Shown: positions 1 through 13,660, counted from the stretch's first letter. The stretch: 64,000 bases of DNA from an uncultured Actinomycetota bacterium (GCA_963784905.1 CAWATP010000033.1:6699-70698), one strand, 5' to 3'. Notes: generated from the sequence alone by a model not told the origin. Numbers and translations are program-made.

Positions 1-578
1 ACACCGTGAAGGGTGAAGTGCGGGCGGAGGCAGACGCGCGTGGCCTCACTGTTGCGGCTAAGCCGGATAGCCATGACATCTGCTTTATTGCCAATGGCGA
101 CACTGGCGGATGGTTAGCTGAACGCCTCGGTGAGCAATCAGGCGACATCGTTGACGCGGTCACGGGCGAACGTGTTGGCATTCACTCTGGCGCGTACGCA
201 TTTACGGTCGGGCAGCGTCGTGGGCTAGCGCTCGGTGTGCCTGCCGCTGACGGTGCTCCGCGGTATGTGACGTCGGTTGATCCCAGCACTCGCACGGTGT
301 TCGTCGGACCGCCGACGCTGCTCGACATCAACGTCATTGAGGGCATTAAGCCGCACTGGTGCCAGGGGATTCCAGAGGTTGGCGCTCGTGTTGGTGTGCA
401 GGTGCGGGCGCATGGTGCTGAGGTCTCTGCCGTTGTGCGTGCTGCGGATGCAACGTCTGCTGAACTCATCACGGAAACTCCGATTCGTGGGCTGGCTGCA
501 GGGCAGGCCGCGGTTATGTACGCAGGCACGCGCGTCATCGGTGCAGTCACGGTGTCCAAGGCGCGTCGTGACGGATAG
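1..578 (+). CDS. mnmA: tRNA 2-thiouridine(34) synthase MnmA, C-terminal part (5' end outside window)
   Basis: ORF is open to the window edge and ends at TAG 576-578. KPDSHDICFIANGD and the C-terminal barrel region are typical of MnmA/TrmU. Confidence 0.85.
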   Translation, partial: TVKGEVRAEADARGLTVAAKPDSHDICFIANGDTGGWLAERLGEQSGDIVDAVTGERVGIHSGAYAFTVGQRRGLALGVPAADGAPRYVTSVDPSTRTVFVGPPTLLDINVIEGIKPHWCQGIPEVGARVGVQVRAHGAEVSAVVRAADATSAELITETPIRGLAAGQAAVMYAGTRVIGAVTVSKARRDG

Positions 579-1674
579 CGTCGGTCGGAGTGAGCGGCAT
601 CCGGATCGGGTTCGCTTGGAGACTCCGCAACGGCCGGAATCGGCTCGGATCATCCGGAGCACCGGTGTTGGTTCACTTCCTGGTACGTCAGTACGCGACG
701 CCATCTCGCTGGTGACGGGTGAGTTCCCCGAACTGGTGTTCCTCCCTGAGCTTCCGGCCCGCGGCCCAGGTGCCGACATGATTGGACGCGCTGCTGCGCT
801 GCTGGGTCAGGTGTCTGATGATTTCGCTGTTGCGACAACGCCGACAGGCTGGCGTATCGGCGACACACAGGGTTTCGATATGCGTCGAGCAAACTCGTAC
901 TGGCGCGAGGACCTGGAAACCTTCGAAGAGTTCTGTCATATGGCGACGGGCGAAGTGAAGGTACAACTCACCGGACCGATCACGTTGGCGGCTTCGCTCG
1001 AGTTGGTGCGCGGCGAGCGCGTACTCAGTGATGAAGGCGCGGTGCGGGATCTCGTGCACGCGCACAGCGAAGCAGTGATGTTGCATCTGACGGATATTCG
1101 ACGTCGCCTACCGAAGGCGTCCGTGATTGTGCAGATCGACGAGCCAGCGATGGATGCCGCACTGCGAGGGTCCATTCGGACGCAAAGTGGCTGGGGCAAG
1201 TTGTGGCCGCTCGACGAAGCGCAGGTTCGCGTCTGGCACACCGAGCTGGCGGCCTCGATTGCCTCGGCGCACGGTACGCCCTGGTTGCACTCGTGTTCCC
1301 CGAACTGGCCGATTGCGCTGGCGCTCGCTGCCGGTTATCGCGGCATATCTGGCGATGTCTCGCTGCTGCAAGATCGCGACGAAGACGCATTGGCAACTGC
1401 CGTTGAAGCAGGTGTCATCTGGGTGGCCGGTGTGATCCCTACGCAGGACGAACGTCTGGTTTCTGCGCCTCGTACAGAGGCCCGCGCCGCTGAGTTGATT
1501 CGTTCACGGTACCGGCGCATCGGATTCGCCGACTCAGTCCTAGCGAAGAGCATCATCGTGACGACCACCTGCGGGCTTGGCCACACCGGCGAGAATGCCG
1601 CACGAGTTGCCATCAACCGCTCGCGTGAAGTCGCCCGCATACTCAACGACACGCTTGAGGGCGTAAACGAATAG
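568..1674 (+). CDS. Stand-alone cobalamin-independent methionine synthase (MetE) C-terminal-domain-like protein, function unknown
   Basis: ORF 277..1674. The part before 568 overlaps mnmA out of frame. GTG 568 overlaps the mnmA stop. H-x-C (WLHSCS) and C-G-L (TTCGLGH) patterns resemble MetE Zn ligands. Start is uncertain. Confidence 0.6.
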   Translation: MTDSVGRSERHPDRVRLETPQRPESARIIRSTGVGSLPGTSVRDAISLVTGEFPELVFLPELPARGPGADMIGRAAALLGQVSDDFAVATTPTGWRIGDTQGFDMRRANSYWREDLETFEEFCHMATGEVKVQLTGPITLAASLELVRGERVLSDEGAVRDLVHAHSEAVMLHLTDIRRRLPKASVIVQIDEPAMDAALRGSIRTQSGWGKLWPLDEAQVRVWHTELAASIASAHGTPWLHSCSPNWPIALALAAGYRGISGDVSLLQDRDEDALATAVEAGVIWVAGVIPTQDERLVSAPRTEARAAELIRSRYRRIGFADSVLAKSIIVTTTCGLGHTGENAARVAINRSREVARILNDTLEGVNE

Positions 1675-1837
1675 CGGCTACTTCGGGTCAGCTGTGAAAG
1701 GTGGGCACCATGTGCTCGCTGCCGAATTCACACGGGCCCTGATGATCGCGCTCTTCGGTATTGCGAACACCTGGCTGCAACTGCAGCGCCAAGCCTTGCT
1801 TCTGGCCGCGACGACTCAGGCGAGTGTATTGCCGTGA

Positions 1838-3385
<1,548 letters not shown>

Positions 3386-3395
3386 GGCGCCGTAA

Positions 3396-5543
<2,148 letters not shown>

Positions 5544-5726
5544 TGTGCACGGTTCGTTCCATTGTCAGACGGGGTCACTAGATTCTCAATTGCACGATGA
5601 AGCCTCATCGAGACGTTGACGCCTCGCCTGAAACTCACGCACTGCGACGTGTGACGGCGACCATGGCAGCGAACGGAAGCTCGGCATCGGAGACCTTGGC
5701 GACGTGCAGCATGTTGGAGTTTTCTC

Positions 5727-7526
5727 ATGTCCACATCACGTGCACATTCCATGCGCGTGGCCGTTACTCGATTACACAGTGCGGCCCAGGCTTTTCTCGA
5801 ACCTGACCCTGGCGGCGCACTGCCACTCGGCGAGGTTCGGGCCGATGAATTGCGCGTTGCCGCGCTCCGTGCGTTAGCACAGCTTGATGCGGATCGCGTC
5901 GAGTACGGCCAGGCACTGCTTGTCGATCAGACACAACGGGCGCAGCAGGTGGTGCATGCACTCGGCGGGTTAGAACTACAGAAGCTTGCTGGTGATGCCC
6001 GTGCTTCGCTGGTTTCTGCCATCGCCGTTGCATACGCAGACCTTCGCGGGAGTATGGCCGATGACATCACGCGGGACCTGCTGGATTCAACTCCTGTCGG
6101 TCCGCAGCTTGCCGAGTTGGTGTTCGGAATCGATCCCACACTGCTGGATCCTGACGCACAGGTTTCTTTTTGTCAGGCTGCTCAGAGGCTCGAGTCTGCA
6201 ACGCACGCTCGCCTTGGTGGTGGGCTGATCGCTTTCGCGGGGAGTAATCCACGTCAGACGCACTACTGGGTGGATGGAGACGAGTACGAGTTAGCTGATG
6301 TGCGCTCAAGTGAACTTGCTTCCGCGTTGTCGTGGAGTGGTGCGCGTGCGCGCGGGGCTGTCGAGTCGGCTCGCCTGGTGAACGCAGAACTCGACGATGT
6401 TCGACAGGCAGCGGCGAGTGGTTCGCTGCAACCGGCTGCCGTCAACGTGATTGCTGAAGGCGCCCAGACGCTTACCGGTTCGCTTGATCGCGAGATTGAG
6501 ATGGCTCGCGCTGCGCTACAGCAAGATTCTGACTCAGGCGACGAGATTGCGGATCGCGTGTGGGACCTCACCGTGACGCGAGAGGAGTTGCTGCAACGCT
6601 ATGGCGACACTCTCACGTCCTTCGCATCGACACACACGGTAGCCGAAACTCGGCGCAAGGTTCGGGACACACTGGCCAAGTTGGACCCAGCAGGATTCAC
6701 AGCGCGCCGCGAAGAGGCAAGGGTGATGCAATCGTCGGTGGAGTTCAGAGCGCTGCCGGATGCGATGGCCATGATCACGGCAGTTATGCCGGCTGAGCAC
6801 GCGTCTGCGTGCTACCGAGCGATTGATACACGCGCAAACGATGCATCGTCAGCTGCCGTGGACGCGCCGGTCGGCGTGCGACGATCTGATGCGCTGCTTG
6901 CGTTCTGCGCAAAGAACACCTCCATTGACCCGCGCAGCGATGGTGATGCGCATGCACCGGTGTCGGTAACTTCGAGTGGCATGGGCATGAGCGCACACGT
7001 GGATCTGGTCATGACCATGGACTCCTTCCTCGGTCTATCAGAGACGGCCGCAGAGTGCGTGGGTGCTGGTCCGATCCCAGCCCAAGCGGCCCGGGAGTTC
7101 CTCGCCGCCGCAGAAGTGGTGACCATTCGCCGAGTCCTCGTTGATGAGCAGACGGGCCGTGCGCTTGATGTGGGTGTCCGGCGCTATCAACTCACCGACG
7201 CTGAACGTGATTTCATTTTCACCAGAGATCGAAGGTGCCGTCGCCCCGGCTGCAATCAACCCGCGAGGCGTTGCGAAGTCGACCATGCCGTTCCCTACGA
7301 CAGCGGGGGAGTTACGCAAACGGACAACCTCGGTGCGCTGTGCGTGCGGCACCATCAAGAAAAGACGCATGGTGGCTGGGCGATCAACGAAAGTGCCGCA
7401 GACGGTTCGTGCGTATTCGTATCGCCGCTCGGACGCCAGTACGCGCACATGCCTGAGCCCTTGCTTCCTTGGGCAGAATTCGAAGCGCCGATACTGGCGA
7501 GAGACGAGGGCGGCAGCGCCGGTTGA
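5727..7526 (+). CDS. DUF222-type HNH endonuclease (13E12-repeat-family-like)
   Basis: C-terminal HNH motif CEVDHAVPYDSGGVTQTDNLGALCVRHHQEKTHGGW follows a long Ala/Arg-rich DUF222-like region. Confidence 0.8.
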   Translation: MSTSRAHSMRVAVTRLHSAAQAFLEPDPGGALPLGEVRADELRVAALRALAQLDADRVEYGQALLVDQTQRAQQVVHALGGLELQKLAGDARASLVSAIAVAYADLRGSMADDITRDLLDSTPVGPQLAELVFGIDPTLLDPDAQVSFCQAAQRLESATHARLGGGLIAFAGSNPRQTHYWVDGDEYELADVRSSELASALSWSGARARGAVESARLVNAELDDVRQAAASGSLQPAAVNVIAEGAQTLTGSLDREIEMARAALQQDSDSGDEIADRVWDLTVTREELLQRYGDTLTSFASTHTVAETRRKVRDTLAKLDPAGFTARREEARVMQSSVEFRALPDAMAMITAVMPAEHASACYRAIDTRANDASSAAVDAPVGVRRSDALLAFCAKNTSIDPRSDGDAHAPVSVTSSGMGMSAHVDLVMTMDSFLGLSETAAECVGAGPIPAQAAREFLAAAEVVTIRRVLVDEQTGRALDVGVRRYQLTDAERDFIFTRDRRCRRPGCNQPARRCEVDHAVPYDSGGVTQTDNLGALCVRHHQEKTHGGWAINESAADGSCVFVSPLGRQYAHMPEPLLPWAEFEAPILARDEGGSAG

Positions 7527-7549
7527 GCGCAAGCCCAAAAGGTGACCGG

Positions 7550-7750
7550 GGCGGTCGTGTCGTGGAGGTTGCGCGGTTGGGCGGTTGTGTCGTGGAGGTT
7601 GCGCGGTTGGGCGGTCGTGTCGTGGAGGTTGGGCGGGCGGTCGCGTCGTGGAGGCTGCGCGGCGGTCGTGTCGTGGAGGTTGCGCGGGTGGGCGGTCGTG
7701 TCGTGGAGGTTGCGCGGGTGGGCGGGCGTGTCGTGGGAAATGCGACGGTT
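7550..7750. repeat. Tandem array of a 30-bp unit, 7 units (minisatellite)
   Basis: Unit GGCGGTCGTGTCGTGGAGGTTGCGCGGKTG at 7550, 7580, 7610 (26 nt), 7636 (25 nt), 7661, 7691 and 7721 (degenerate). No spacers. All six frames are stop-free. Confidence 0.95.
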
Positions 7751-7864
7751 GCCGAATTGTCTGAAACGGGCAGGTGTCTTGGTGACGGTGGCCAGCGCCA
7801 AGACGTCGAATTCGGCCGTGATGCGAGCAGTCGCAGCACGAAACCTGCTCGTCACGTGCGCACG

Positions 7865-7870
7865 TAGACT
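7865..7870 (+). promoter_or_regulatory. Candidate -10 hexamer TAGACT, 7 nt before the gatC ATG
   Basis: TANNNT-N7-ATG. No Shine-Dalgarno sequence. Confidence 0.4.
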
Positions 7871-7877
7871 TACCGCC

Positions 7878-8174
7878 ATGTCCGGAATCACTCGTGCCGA
7901 AGTGGCGCACCTGGCGAAGCTCGCCCGTTTAACCATCGACGACGAGCATCTCGACCACTACGCCGAGCAACTCAATGTCATTATCGACTCCGTAGCCCGT
8001 GTGAGTGAGGTGGCTGGTGCAGATGTGCCTGCCACATCGCATCCCGTGCCGCTTATCAACGTGCTTCGGCCCGACGTGATTCACGCCGGTTTGAGCAATG
8101 AGGAGGCCCTCGAGATGGCTCCGGCGCGTGAAGACGGTCGGTTCCGCGTGCCGCGCATTCTGGATGAGGAGTGA
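7878..8174 (+). CDS. gatC: Asp/Glu-tRNA amidotransferase subunit C
   Basis: [18 protein letters not shown]...RVPRILDEE, 98 aa. Directly precedes gatA. The longer ORF from 7542 is repeat read-through. Confidence 0.9.
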   Translation: MSGITRAEVAHLAKLARLTIDDEHLDHYAEQLNVIIDSVARVSEVAGADVPATSHPVPLINVLRPDVIHAGLSNEEALEMAPAREDGRFRVPRILDEE

Positions 8175-8176
8175 CC

Positions 8177-9670
8177 ATGAGCGAACTCATCCGCAAGACT
8201 GCCGCTGAACTCTCCGAACTCATGGCCAATGGCACCGTCTCCGCTCGAGAAGTTGCTGAAGCGCACCTCGACCGCATCCAAGGCGTCGATGCCTTGGTGC
8301 ACGCATTCCTTCATGTTGATCGCGAGTACACCCTTGGGCGTGCGGATGTCGTCGACGCTAAGCGTGCCAGTGGCGAGCTCATGGGGCCGCTCGCGGGCGT
8401 GCCGCTAGCGCTCAAAGACATCCTGGCCATGAAGGGACACCCGACTACGTGTGGTTCGAAAATGCTCGAAGGCTGGCGACCGCCATACAACGCGACTGTC
8501 GTAGAGCGTCTGAACGCCGCCGATGTCGTCATCCTCGGCAAGACCAACATGGACGAGTTCGCGATGGGTTCATCTACCGAGCACTCCGCGTTCGGCACTA
8601 CGCACAACCCGTGGGATCTTGACCGCATCCCCGGTGGTTCTGGCGGTGGATCGGCTGCATCACTCGCCGCGTTCATGGCGCCGCTTGCTATCGGCACTGA
8701 TACCGGTGGCTCCATTCGACAACCCGCCGCAGTCACCGGCACGGTAGGCGTGAAGCCCACGTACGGCGCGGTGTCGCGCTACGGCCTCATCGCGCTTGCT
8801 TCATCGCTCGATCAAGTCGGGCCGTGTGCACGAACTGTCGAGGATGCTGCACTACTGCACATGGCGATCGCGGGCCATGATCCCAAAGACTCCACCTCAC
8901 TACTCGACCCCACCGCTGACATGGTGGCCGCATCGCAGCGCCGCGACTTGACTGGCGTTCGCGTGGGCTTGGTCAAGGAGATCTCGGGCGAAGGTTTCCA
9001 AGCCGGCGTGCTGCAGCGCTTCAATGAGGCCCTCGAACTCCTGACGAGCCTCGGCGCTGACGTTGTCGAGGTGTCGGCGCCATCCTTTGACTACGCGCTG
9101 GCTGCCTACTACTTGATCCTGCCGAGTGAGTGCTCGTCCAATCTCGCCAAGTTCGACGGCATGCGCTTCGGATTGCGTGTCGGCGACAATGGTGATCGCA
9201 GCGTGGAGCAGGTCATGGGCCTGACCCGAGCAGCAGGATTCGGCCCCGAGGTGACGCGCCGCATCATGATCGGCACCTACGCACTTTCCAGCGGTTACTA
9301 CGACGCGTACTACGGCTCGGCGCAAAAGGTGCGTACGTTGATTCAGAACGATTTCAACGCAGCGTTCGCCACCTGCGATGTATTGGTGTCGCCGACGGCG
9401 CCAACCACGGCGTTCAAGATCGGGGAGAAGCTCGACGATCCGCTGGCCATGTACCTCAACGACATCGCCACCATTCCGGTGAACCTCGCTGGCAACTGCG
9501 GTATGTCGTTGCCGATTGGCCTTGCCCCCGAAGACGGTTTGCCCGTCGGTCTGCAGATCATGGCGCCTATCAGGGGTGACGCGAAGTTGTACGAAGTCGG
9601 CGGTGCGCTTGAAGCCGCCTTGCTGGACAAATGGGGACACCACATCCTCGAGGAGGCGCCCGCACTATGA
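8177..9670 (+). CDS. gatA: Asp/Glu-tRNA amidotransferase subunit A
   Basis: Amidase signature GGSSGGSAA-like ([12 protein letters not shown]) and [18 protein letters not shown] lies 5 nt before ATG 8177 (alternative GTG 8171). Confidence 0.95.
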   Translation: MSELIRKTAAELSELMANGTVSAREVAEAHLDRIQGVDALVHAFLHVDREYTLGRADVVDAKRASGELMGPLAGVPLALKDILAMKGHPTTCGSKMLEGWRPPYNATVVERLNAADVVILGKTNMDEFAMGSSTEHSAFGTTHNPWDLDRIPGGSGGGSAASLAAFMAPLAIGTDTGGSIRQPAAVTGTVGVKPTYGAVSRYGLIALASSLDQVGPCARTVEDAALLHMAIAGHDPKDSTSLLDPTADMVAASQRRDLTGVRVGLVKEISGEGFQAGVLQRFNEALELLTSLGADVVEVSAPSFDYALAAYYLILPSECSSNLAKFDGMRFGLRVGDNGDRSVEQVMGLTRAAGFGPEVTRRIMIGTYALSSGYYDAYYGSAQKVRTLIQNDFNAAFATCDVLVSPTAPTTAFKIGEKLDDPLAMYLNDIATIPVNLAGNCGMSLPIGLAPEDGLPVGLQIMAPIRGDAKLYEVGGALEAALLDKWGHHILEEAPAL

Positions 9671-11187
9671 GCAAGCACGCCGCACTCATGGATTATGAAG
9701 AGGCTCTCGAGAAGTTTGATCCAGTACTCGGTCTCGAGGTGCACGTCGAGCTTTCGACGAACACCAAGATGTTCTGCTCTTGCCCGACCACCTTCGGTGC
9801 CGACCCCAACACACAGGTCTGCCCGGTGTGCCTTGGTCTGCCAGGCGCGCTTCCGGTCGTCAACGAGAAAGGTGTCGAAGCGGCAATCCGAATCGGTCTC
9901 GCGCTCAATTGCGAGATTGCCGAGTGGTGCCGGTTTGCGCGCAAGAACTACTTCTACCCGGATATGCCGAAGAACTTCCAGACTTCGCAGTACGACGAGC
10001 CCATCGCGTTCAACGGATACCTCGATGTCGACGTTCCAACGGATGAGGGCGTCATGCCCTTCCGTGTGCTCATCGAGCGCGCTCACATGGAAGAGGACAC
10101 CGGCAAGGCTGCTCACCAGGGTGGCGCCACTGGTCGGATCCACGGCGCGGATTACTCCTTGCTGGATTACAACCGCGCCGGCATTCCGCTCATCGAAATC
10201 GTCACCAAACCCATCGAGGGGGCGGGGAAGTACGCACCGGAAGTGGCCAAGGCATATGTCGCGACCCTGCGTGAATTGGTGAAGTCGCTAGATGTTTCTG
10301 ACGTTCGCATGGAACAGGGCTCTATGCGCTGTGATGTCAACCTTTCGCTGCGCACTTCGCCGCAGGTGAAATTTGGCACCCGTACGGAAACCAAGAACGT
10401 GAACTCTCTACGTTCGGTGGAACGGTCGGTTCGCTATGAAATCCAGCGTCAGGCCGTTGTGCTGACTGAGGGTGGCGTCATCATCCAAGAGACTCGTCAC
10501 TGGCATGAAGACACCGGGCTCACCACGCCTGGGCGTGTGAAGGAGGAGGCCGAGGATTACCGCTACTTCCCCGAGCCGGATCTTGTGCCGATGGCACCCT
10601 CTCGGGAATGGGTCGAGGCGCTGCGCGCGGCTATGCCCGAGAATCCCGCACTACGGCGTGCTCGGCTGCAAGCAGACTGGGGTATCAGCACCTTCGACAT
10701 GTCGTCGGTGGTGAATGCCGGCGCGCTGGACTTAGTTGAAGCCACCATCGCGGCTGGCGCTGATCAATCCGCAGCCCGCAAATGGTGGATGGGCGAACTC
10801 TCGCGCACGGCCAACGAGCAGGGCCTCGGGCTCGATCAGCTCGCCATCACGCCGCAACACCTTGCGCGCATTGAGTCGCTCATTGCAGCCGGAGCGCTCA
10901 ACGACAAACTAGCTCGCTCGGTCATTGAAGGCGTGCTTGTCGGGGAAGGCGATGTCGACGAGGTCATCGCGTCGCGTGGTCTCGCGCTCGTGTCAGATGA
11001 TGGTCCGCTCCTCGCGGCTATCGACGAGGCCCTCGCAGGCGCGCCCGATGTTGCCGAGAAGATCCGCAGCGGCAAACTTGCTGCCGCCGGCGCTATCGTG
11101 GGTGCTGTCATGAAGGCGACGCGCGGGCAGGCAGATGCGGCGAAAGTCCGAGCGCTCTTGTTTGCGAAGCTGGGCGTGAGCGAGTGA
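9667..11187 (+). CDS. gatB: Asp/Glu-tRNA amidotransferase subunit B
   Basis: LGLEVHVEL...KMFC, RCDVNLS and GatB/YqeY tail. ATGA overlap with the gatA stop. Confidence 0.95.
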   Translation: MSKHAALMDYEEALEKFDPVLGLEVHVELSTNTKMFCSCPTTFGADPNTQVCPVCLGLPGALPVVNEKGVEAAIRIGLALNCEIAEWCRFARKNYFYPDMPKNFQTSQYDEPIAFNGYLDVDVPTDEGVMPFRVLIERAHMEEDTGKAAHQGGATGRIHGADYSLLDYNRAGIPLIEIVTKPIEGAGKYAPEVAKAYVATLRELVKSLDVSDVRMEQGSMRCDVNLSLRTSPQVKFGTRTETKNVNSLRSVERSVRYEIQRQAVVLTEGGVIIQETRHWHEDTGLTTPGRVKEEAEDYRYFPEPDLVPMAPSREWVEALRAAMPENPALRRARLQADWGISTFDMSSVVNAGALDLVEATIAAGADQSAARKWWMGELSRTANEQGLGLDQLAITPQHLARIESLIAAGALNDKLARSVIEGVLVGEGDVDEVIASRGLALVSDDGPLLAAIDEALAGAPDVAEKIRSGKLAAAGAIVGAVMKATRGQADAAKVRALLFAKLGVSE

Positions 11188-11364
11188 TCATCCCTCGTCA
11201 AACGTTCAGCACCGGTGCATGGTTTCCGTGACCAGGATATGTGAGCGAGTGACCGTCTGCAGCGAGAAGCTCGCATGCAGCATCCTGTTGCGTGATCGAG
11301 AGATGGTCCGCTGCCAGAACGTTGCCGCCGACGCATGGGTGCCCCGGGCAGGACACGTGCGCAC

Positions 11365-12171
11365 GTGACCATTCGCAGCGAGAACTTCACCCGACAATCG
11401 GGTGACTTGTCATACACGTGGAATGGAGCCGGACACGGCACGCCTGTCGTCTTCTTGCATGGTTTCGGTGACATGGGCGAATGCTGGAATGCGCTGGTCG
11501 ATGCTCTAGAGCTCGTCGTGCCGGTGTACCTGGTCGATGCGCCCGGACACGGCCACTCGGCGTTTGATCCCAATCGCGACTACACCGAACAGCTCGTCGC
11601 ACGCACCATAGCGTTTCTGCGAACACTGCGTGTGCCGGTTCTGCTGGTAGGTCACTCCATGGGTGCACTCGAGTCGATGTATATCGCCGGTGATGCCCCT
11701 GAACTCGTGAAAGCGATCGTGTTGGAAGATCCACCGATGGCCGCAGATCTTTCGCCGTGGGCGGATCCGAGCACGCTGGTCGGGCTGTTCGACTTTCTCT
11801 CCGAATTCCGCAACCGCGATGCTGTGTCGGCAGAGGCTCAGATCTTGGCATCTCATCCGCATTGGCCGGCCGCCGAATTCGAGCCGTGGGTGCGCAGCAA
11901 GCAGCTCGCCAATCCGGCAATGCGCCAACGTTTCATCATTCATCGAGAACCGATGGAAATCACGTTGGGACGGATCAATTGCCCGGTCCTGCTGCTGACG
12001 GGCGACCCAGCGGCGCATTCCATCGTGACGGCGGAGACGGCCCAGTGGGCTCGCACACGTTGCCCGACCATGCAGGTAGTGCATTTCCCAGGAGCCGGTC
12101 ACAGTATTCGACGTGATTCCGCAGATGCAGTGGCGAAAACGGTGGGTGCTTACCTAAAGTCGCAATTGTGA
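11365..12171 (+). CDS. Alpha/beta-fold hydrolase
   Basis: HGFG oxyanion motif (VVFLHGFGD) and nucleophile elbow GHSMGA. ORF is open from 11335. GTG 11365 is favoured by the duplicated junction motif (see findings). Confidence 0.75.
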   Translation: MTIRSENFTRQSGDLSYTWNGAGHGTPVVFLHGFGDMGECWNALVDALELVVPVYLVDAPGHGHSAFDPNRDYTEQLVARTIAFLRTLRVPVLLVGHSMGALESMYIAGDAPELVKAIVLEDPPMAADLSPWADPSTLVGLFDFLSEFRNRDAVSAEAQILASHPHWPAAEFEPWVRSKQLANPAMRQRFIIHREPMEITLGRINCPVLLLTGDPAAHSIVTAETAQWARTRCPTMQVVHFPGAGHSIRRDSADAVAKTVGAYLKSQL

Positions 12172-12734
12172 CGGACCGATCTGTGTTGGACGTGATTCAC
12201 ACTGAGCGACTTGAGTTGCACACGGTGCGACCCGAGGACTACGAACTGCTTGCAGTTGACCGAGCCGATGCGCGACTGTGGATCGATCGAGGATTCTGCA
12301 ATCCCTATGGCTATCTGGTCGACGATGCCGGACCGCTTCCGTACCGCTTGCCGATGGTGCGACGAGATCCCAGCCAGGCGCCCTATCTCATGCGTGTGGC
12401 GGTGCTGCGCGAGACGCAGGTTATTGTCGGTGGCGCAGGATTCCACGCCCTCCCGGATCGGGAAGGTGCCATTGAAATTGGCTTCGAAGTATGCGCACCC
12501 GTCCGTCGAAATGGCTACGGCACAGAAATGTTGCACGGTATGTGGAGCTGGGGCATCGAGCAACCCGAGGTTCGCCGACTTCGCTACAGCGTGGGCGTTG
12601 ACAACGTTGCCTCGCAGCGCATCGTGCGTGGCTTGGGCTTCACCCATGTGGGCGTCCAGCAAGATGAGATAGATGGTCCCGAAGACGTGTTTGAAATGAC
12701 CGTGGAGGAATACCGAGGTCGCCGAGTGAACTAA
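12168..12734 (+). CDS. GNAT-family N-acetyltransferase (RimJ/RimL-like)
   Basis: Acetyl-CoA motif-A-like RRNGYGTEML and VDNVASQRIVRGLGF. GTGA overlap with the upstream stop. Confidence 0.7.
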   Translation: MTDRSVLDVIHTERLELHTVRPEDYELLAVDRADARLWIDRGFCNPYGYLVDDAGPLPYRLPMVRRDPSQAPYLMRVAVLRETQVIVGGAGFHALPDREGAIEIGFEVCAPVRRNGYGTEMLHGMWSWGIEQPEVRRLRYSVGVDNVASQRIVRGLGFTHVGVQQDEIDGPEDVFEMTVEEYRGRRVN

Positions 12735-12771
12735 ACGGGCGAGACCATTTACGGCCTGCCCGTTGCGCGTG

Positions 12772-12804
12772 GTCCGTGCGCACAGTCCGTGCGCACAGTC
12801 CGTG
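12772..12804. repeat. 13-bp tandem repeat GTCCGTGCGCACA, about 2.5 copies
   Basis: Copies at 12772-12784 and 12785-12797, with a partial copy at 12798-12804. Lies in the convergent intergenic spacer. Confidence 0.8.
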
Positions 12805-12927
12805 ACGCTCGGATGCAATAGTTGATCCGAGGATGGCTAGGCCGCAGCCATCGCTACGTTCGCAGGACTGCGGAAGTGCTGTGCGAACAGCACCAGGACC
12901 AGCCCGTGAAGTCGCGAGGGCGAAGTG

Positions 12928-13647
12928 CTACTTGGCGGAAACCTCGAACCTCACACTGACCACGGCACGCACCTTCTTGGCGATTGTGCTCAAGTCGTAG
13001 CCGCCGTAGTCCCCCTCGATGACATCTGGTGCGGTGACAGTGATGGAGTTGGCGTCAATAGACAAGGGCTTGCCCAAGGTGACCGTGAGCGCCGACGCCA
13101 TGACCTCAGCGCGAGCATTGGCGTCGAGGACGGCCAACTTCTGCACTTCGGGACGCAGCTTCTCGAGGGTGGATAGGTAATACTGCGGCGAATTTGTGTT
13201 GACGTTGACGTCAGGAACGACTGCGAGCAACTCCATCACCTTGGAGTTGAGTGTGGCGATCTTCTGCACGTCGGTGCTGCGTACACTGAAACTGAGCGAG
13301 GCCTCGGTCACCTGGCCGCCATTGCCGTTGTCCATGGTGTAAGTGTTAAGCGATCCCACGGTGAATTGGTCAGCCGTCATGCCGGCCTTCACGAAGTAGT
13401 TGCGCAACTTGGGCAGCGCAGTGGCCACGGACTTCGCCGCGAGTGCCGAATCTGCTTCACGAGCGGTCAGGGTGAGCGACCACACTGCGGTGTCTGCGGT
13501 GGCGTTGATCACCGCTGAGCCGGTAGAGGTAACGCCGGTGATGGTGCGTGCCTTGAATCCATCGCCAACAAACCACAGTCCAACACCAACCCCGAGGGAC
13601 ATAATCAAACCAGTGACGATAAGCGCGATTCCCAGACGTGTTCTCAT
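12928..13647 (-). CDS. SIMPL/DUF541-family protein with N-terminal membrane anchor
   Basis: N-terminal hydrophobic helix LGIALIVTGLIMSLGVGVGLWFV followed by a SIMPL-like alternating beta pattern. ORF is open to 13689. ATG 13647 is preferred. Confidence 0.65.
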   Translation of the reverse strand: MRTRLGIALIVTGLIMSLGVGVGLWFVGDGFKARTITGVTSTGSAVINATADTAVWSLTLTAREADSALAAKSVATALPKLRNYFVKAGMTADQFTVGSLNTYTMDNGNGGQVTEASLSFSVRSTDVQKIATLNSKVMELLAVVPDVNVNTNSPQYYLSTLEKLRPEVQKLAVLDANARAEVMASALTVTLGKPLSIDANSITVTAPDVIEGDYGGYDLSTIAKKVRAVVSVRFEVSAK

Positions 13648-13654
13648 AAGTGAA

Positions 13655-13660
13655 ACGGTA
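13655..13660 (-). promoter_or_regulatory. Candidate -10 hexamer TACCGT (minus strand), 7 nt before ATG 13647
   Basis: TANNNT-N7-ATG on the minus strand. Confidence 0.35.

Noticed and set aside
277-567. N-terminal extensions of several track ORFs: 277.., 1883.., 9631.., 16852.., 18964.., 28016.., 29790.., 33044.., 39115.., 41542.., 43080.., 43915.., 58346, 63487
   Set aside because: The extensions overlap the preceding gene or intergenic signals, lack homology to the family N-termini, and have better internal starts with either Shine-Dalgarno or leaderless -10 geometry.
7550-7750. Possible CRISPR array, suggested by regularly repeated ~30-bp units
   Set aside because: The units are directly contiguous with no unique spacers and no cas genes, and the repeats are degenerate. 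This is a tandem minisatellite, not a CRISPR.
12734-12764. AACGGGC...GCCCGTT hairpin as a bidirectional terminator between the GNAT and SIMPL genes
   Set aside because: It has only a 7-bp stem with a 17-nt loop and no U-tract, which is too weak to list as a feature.
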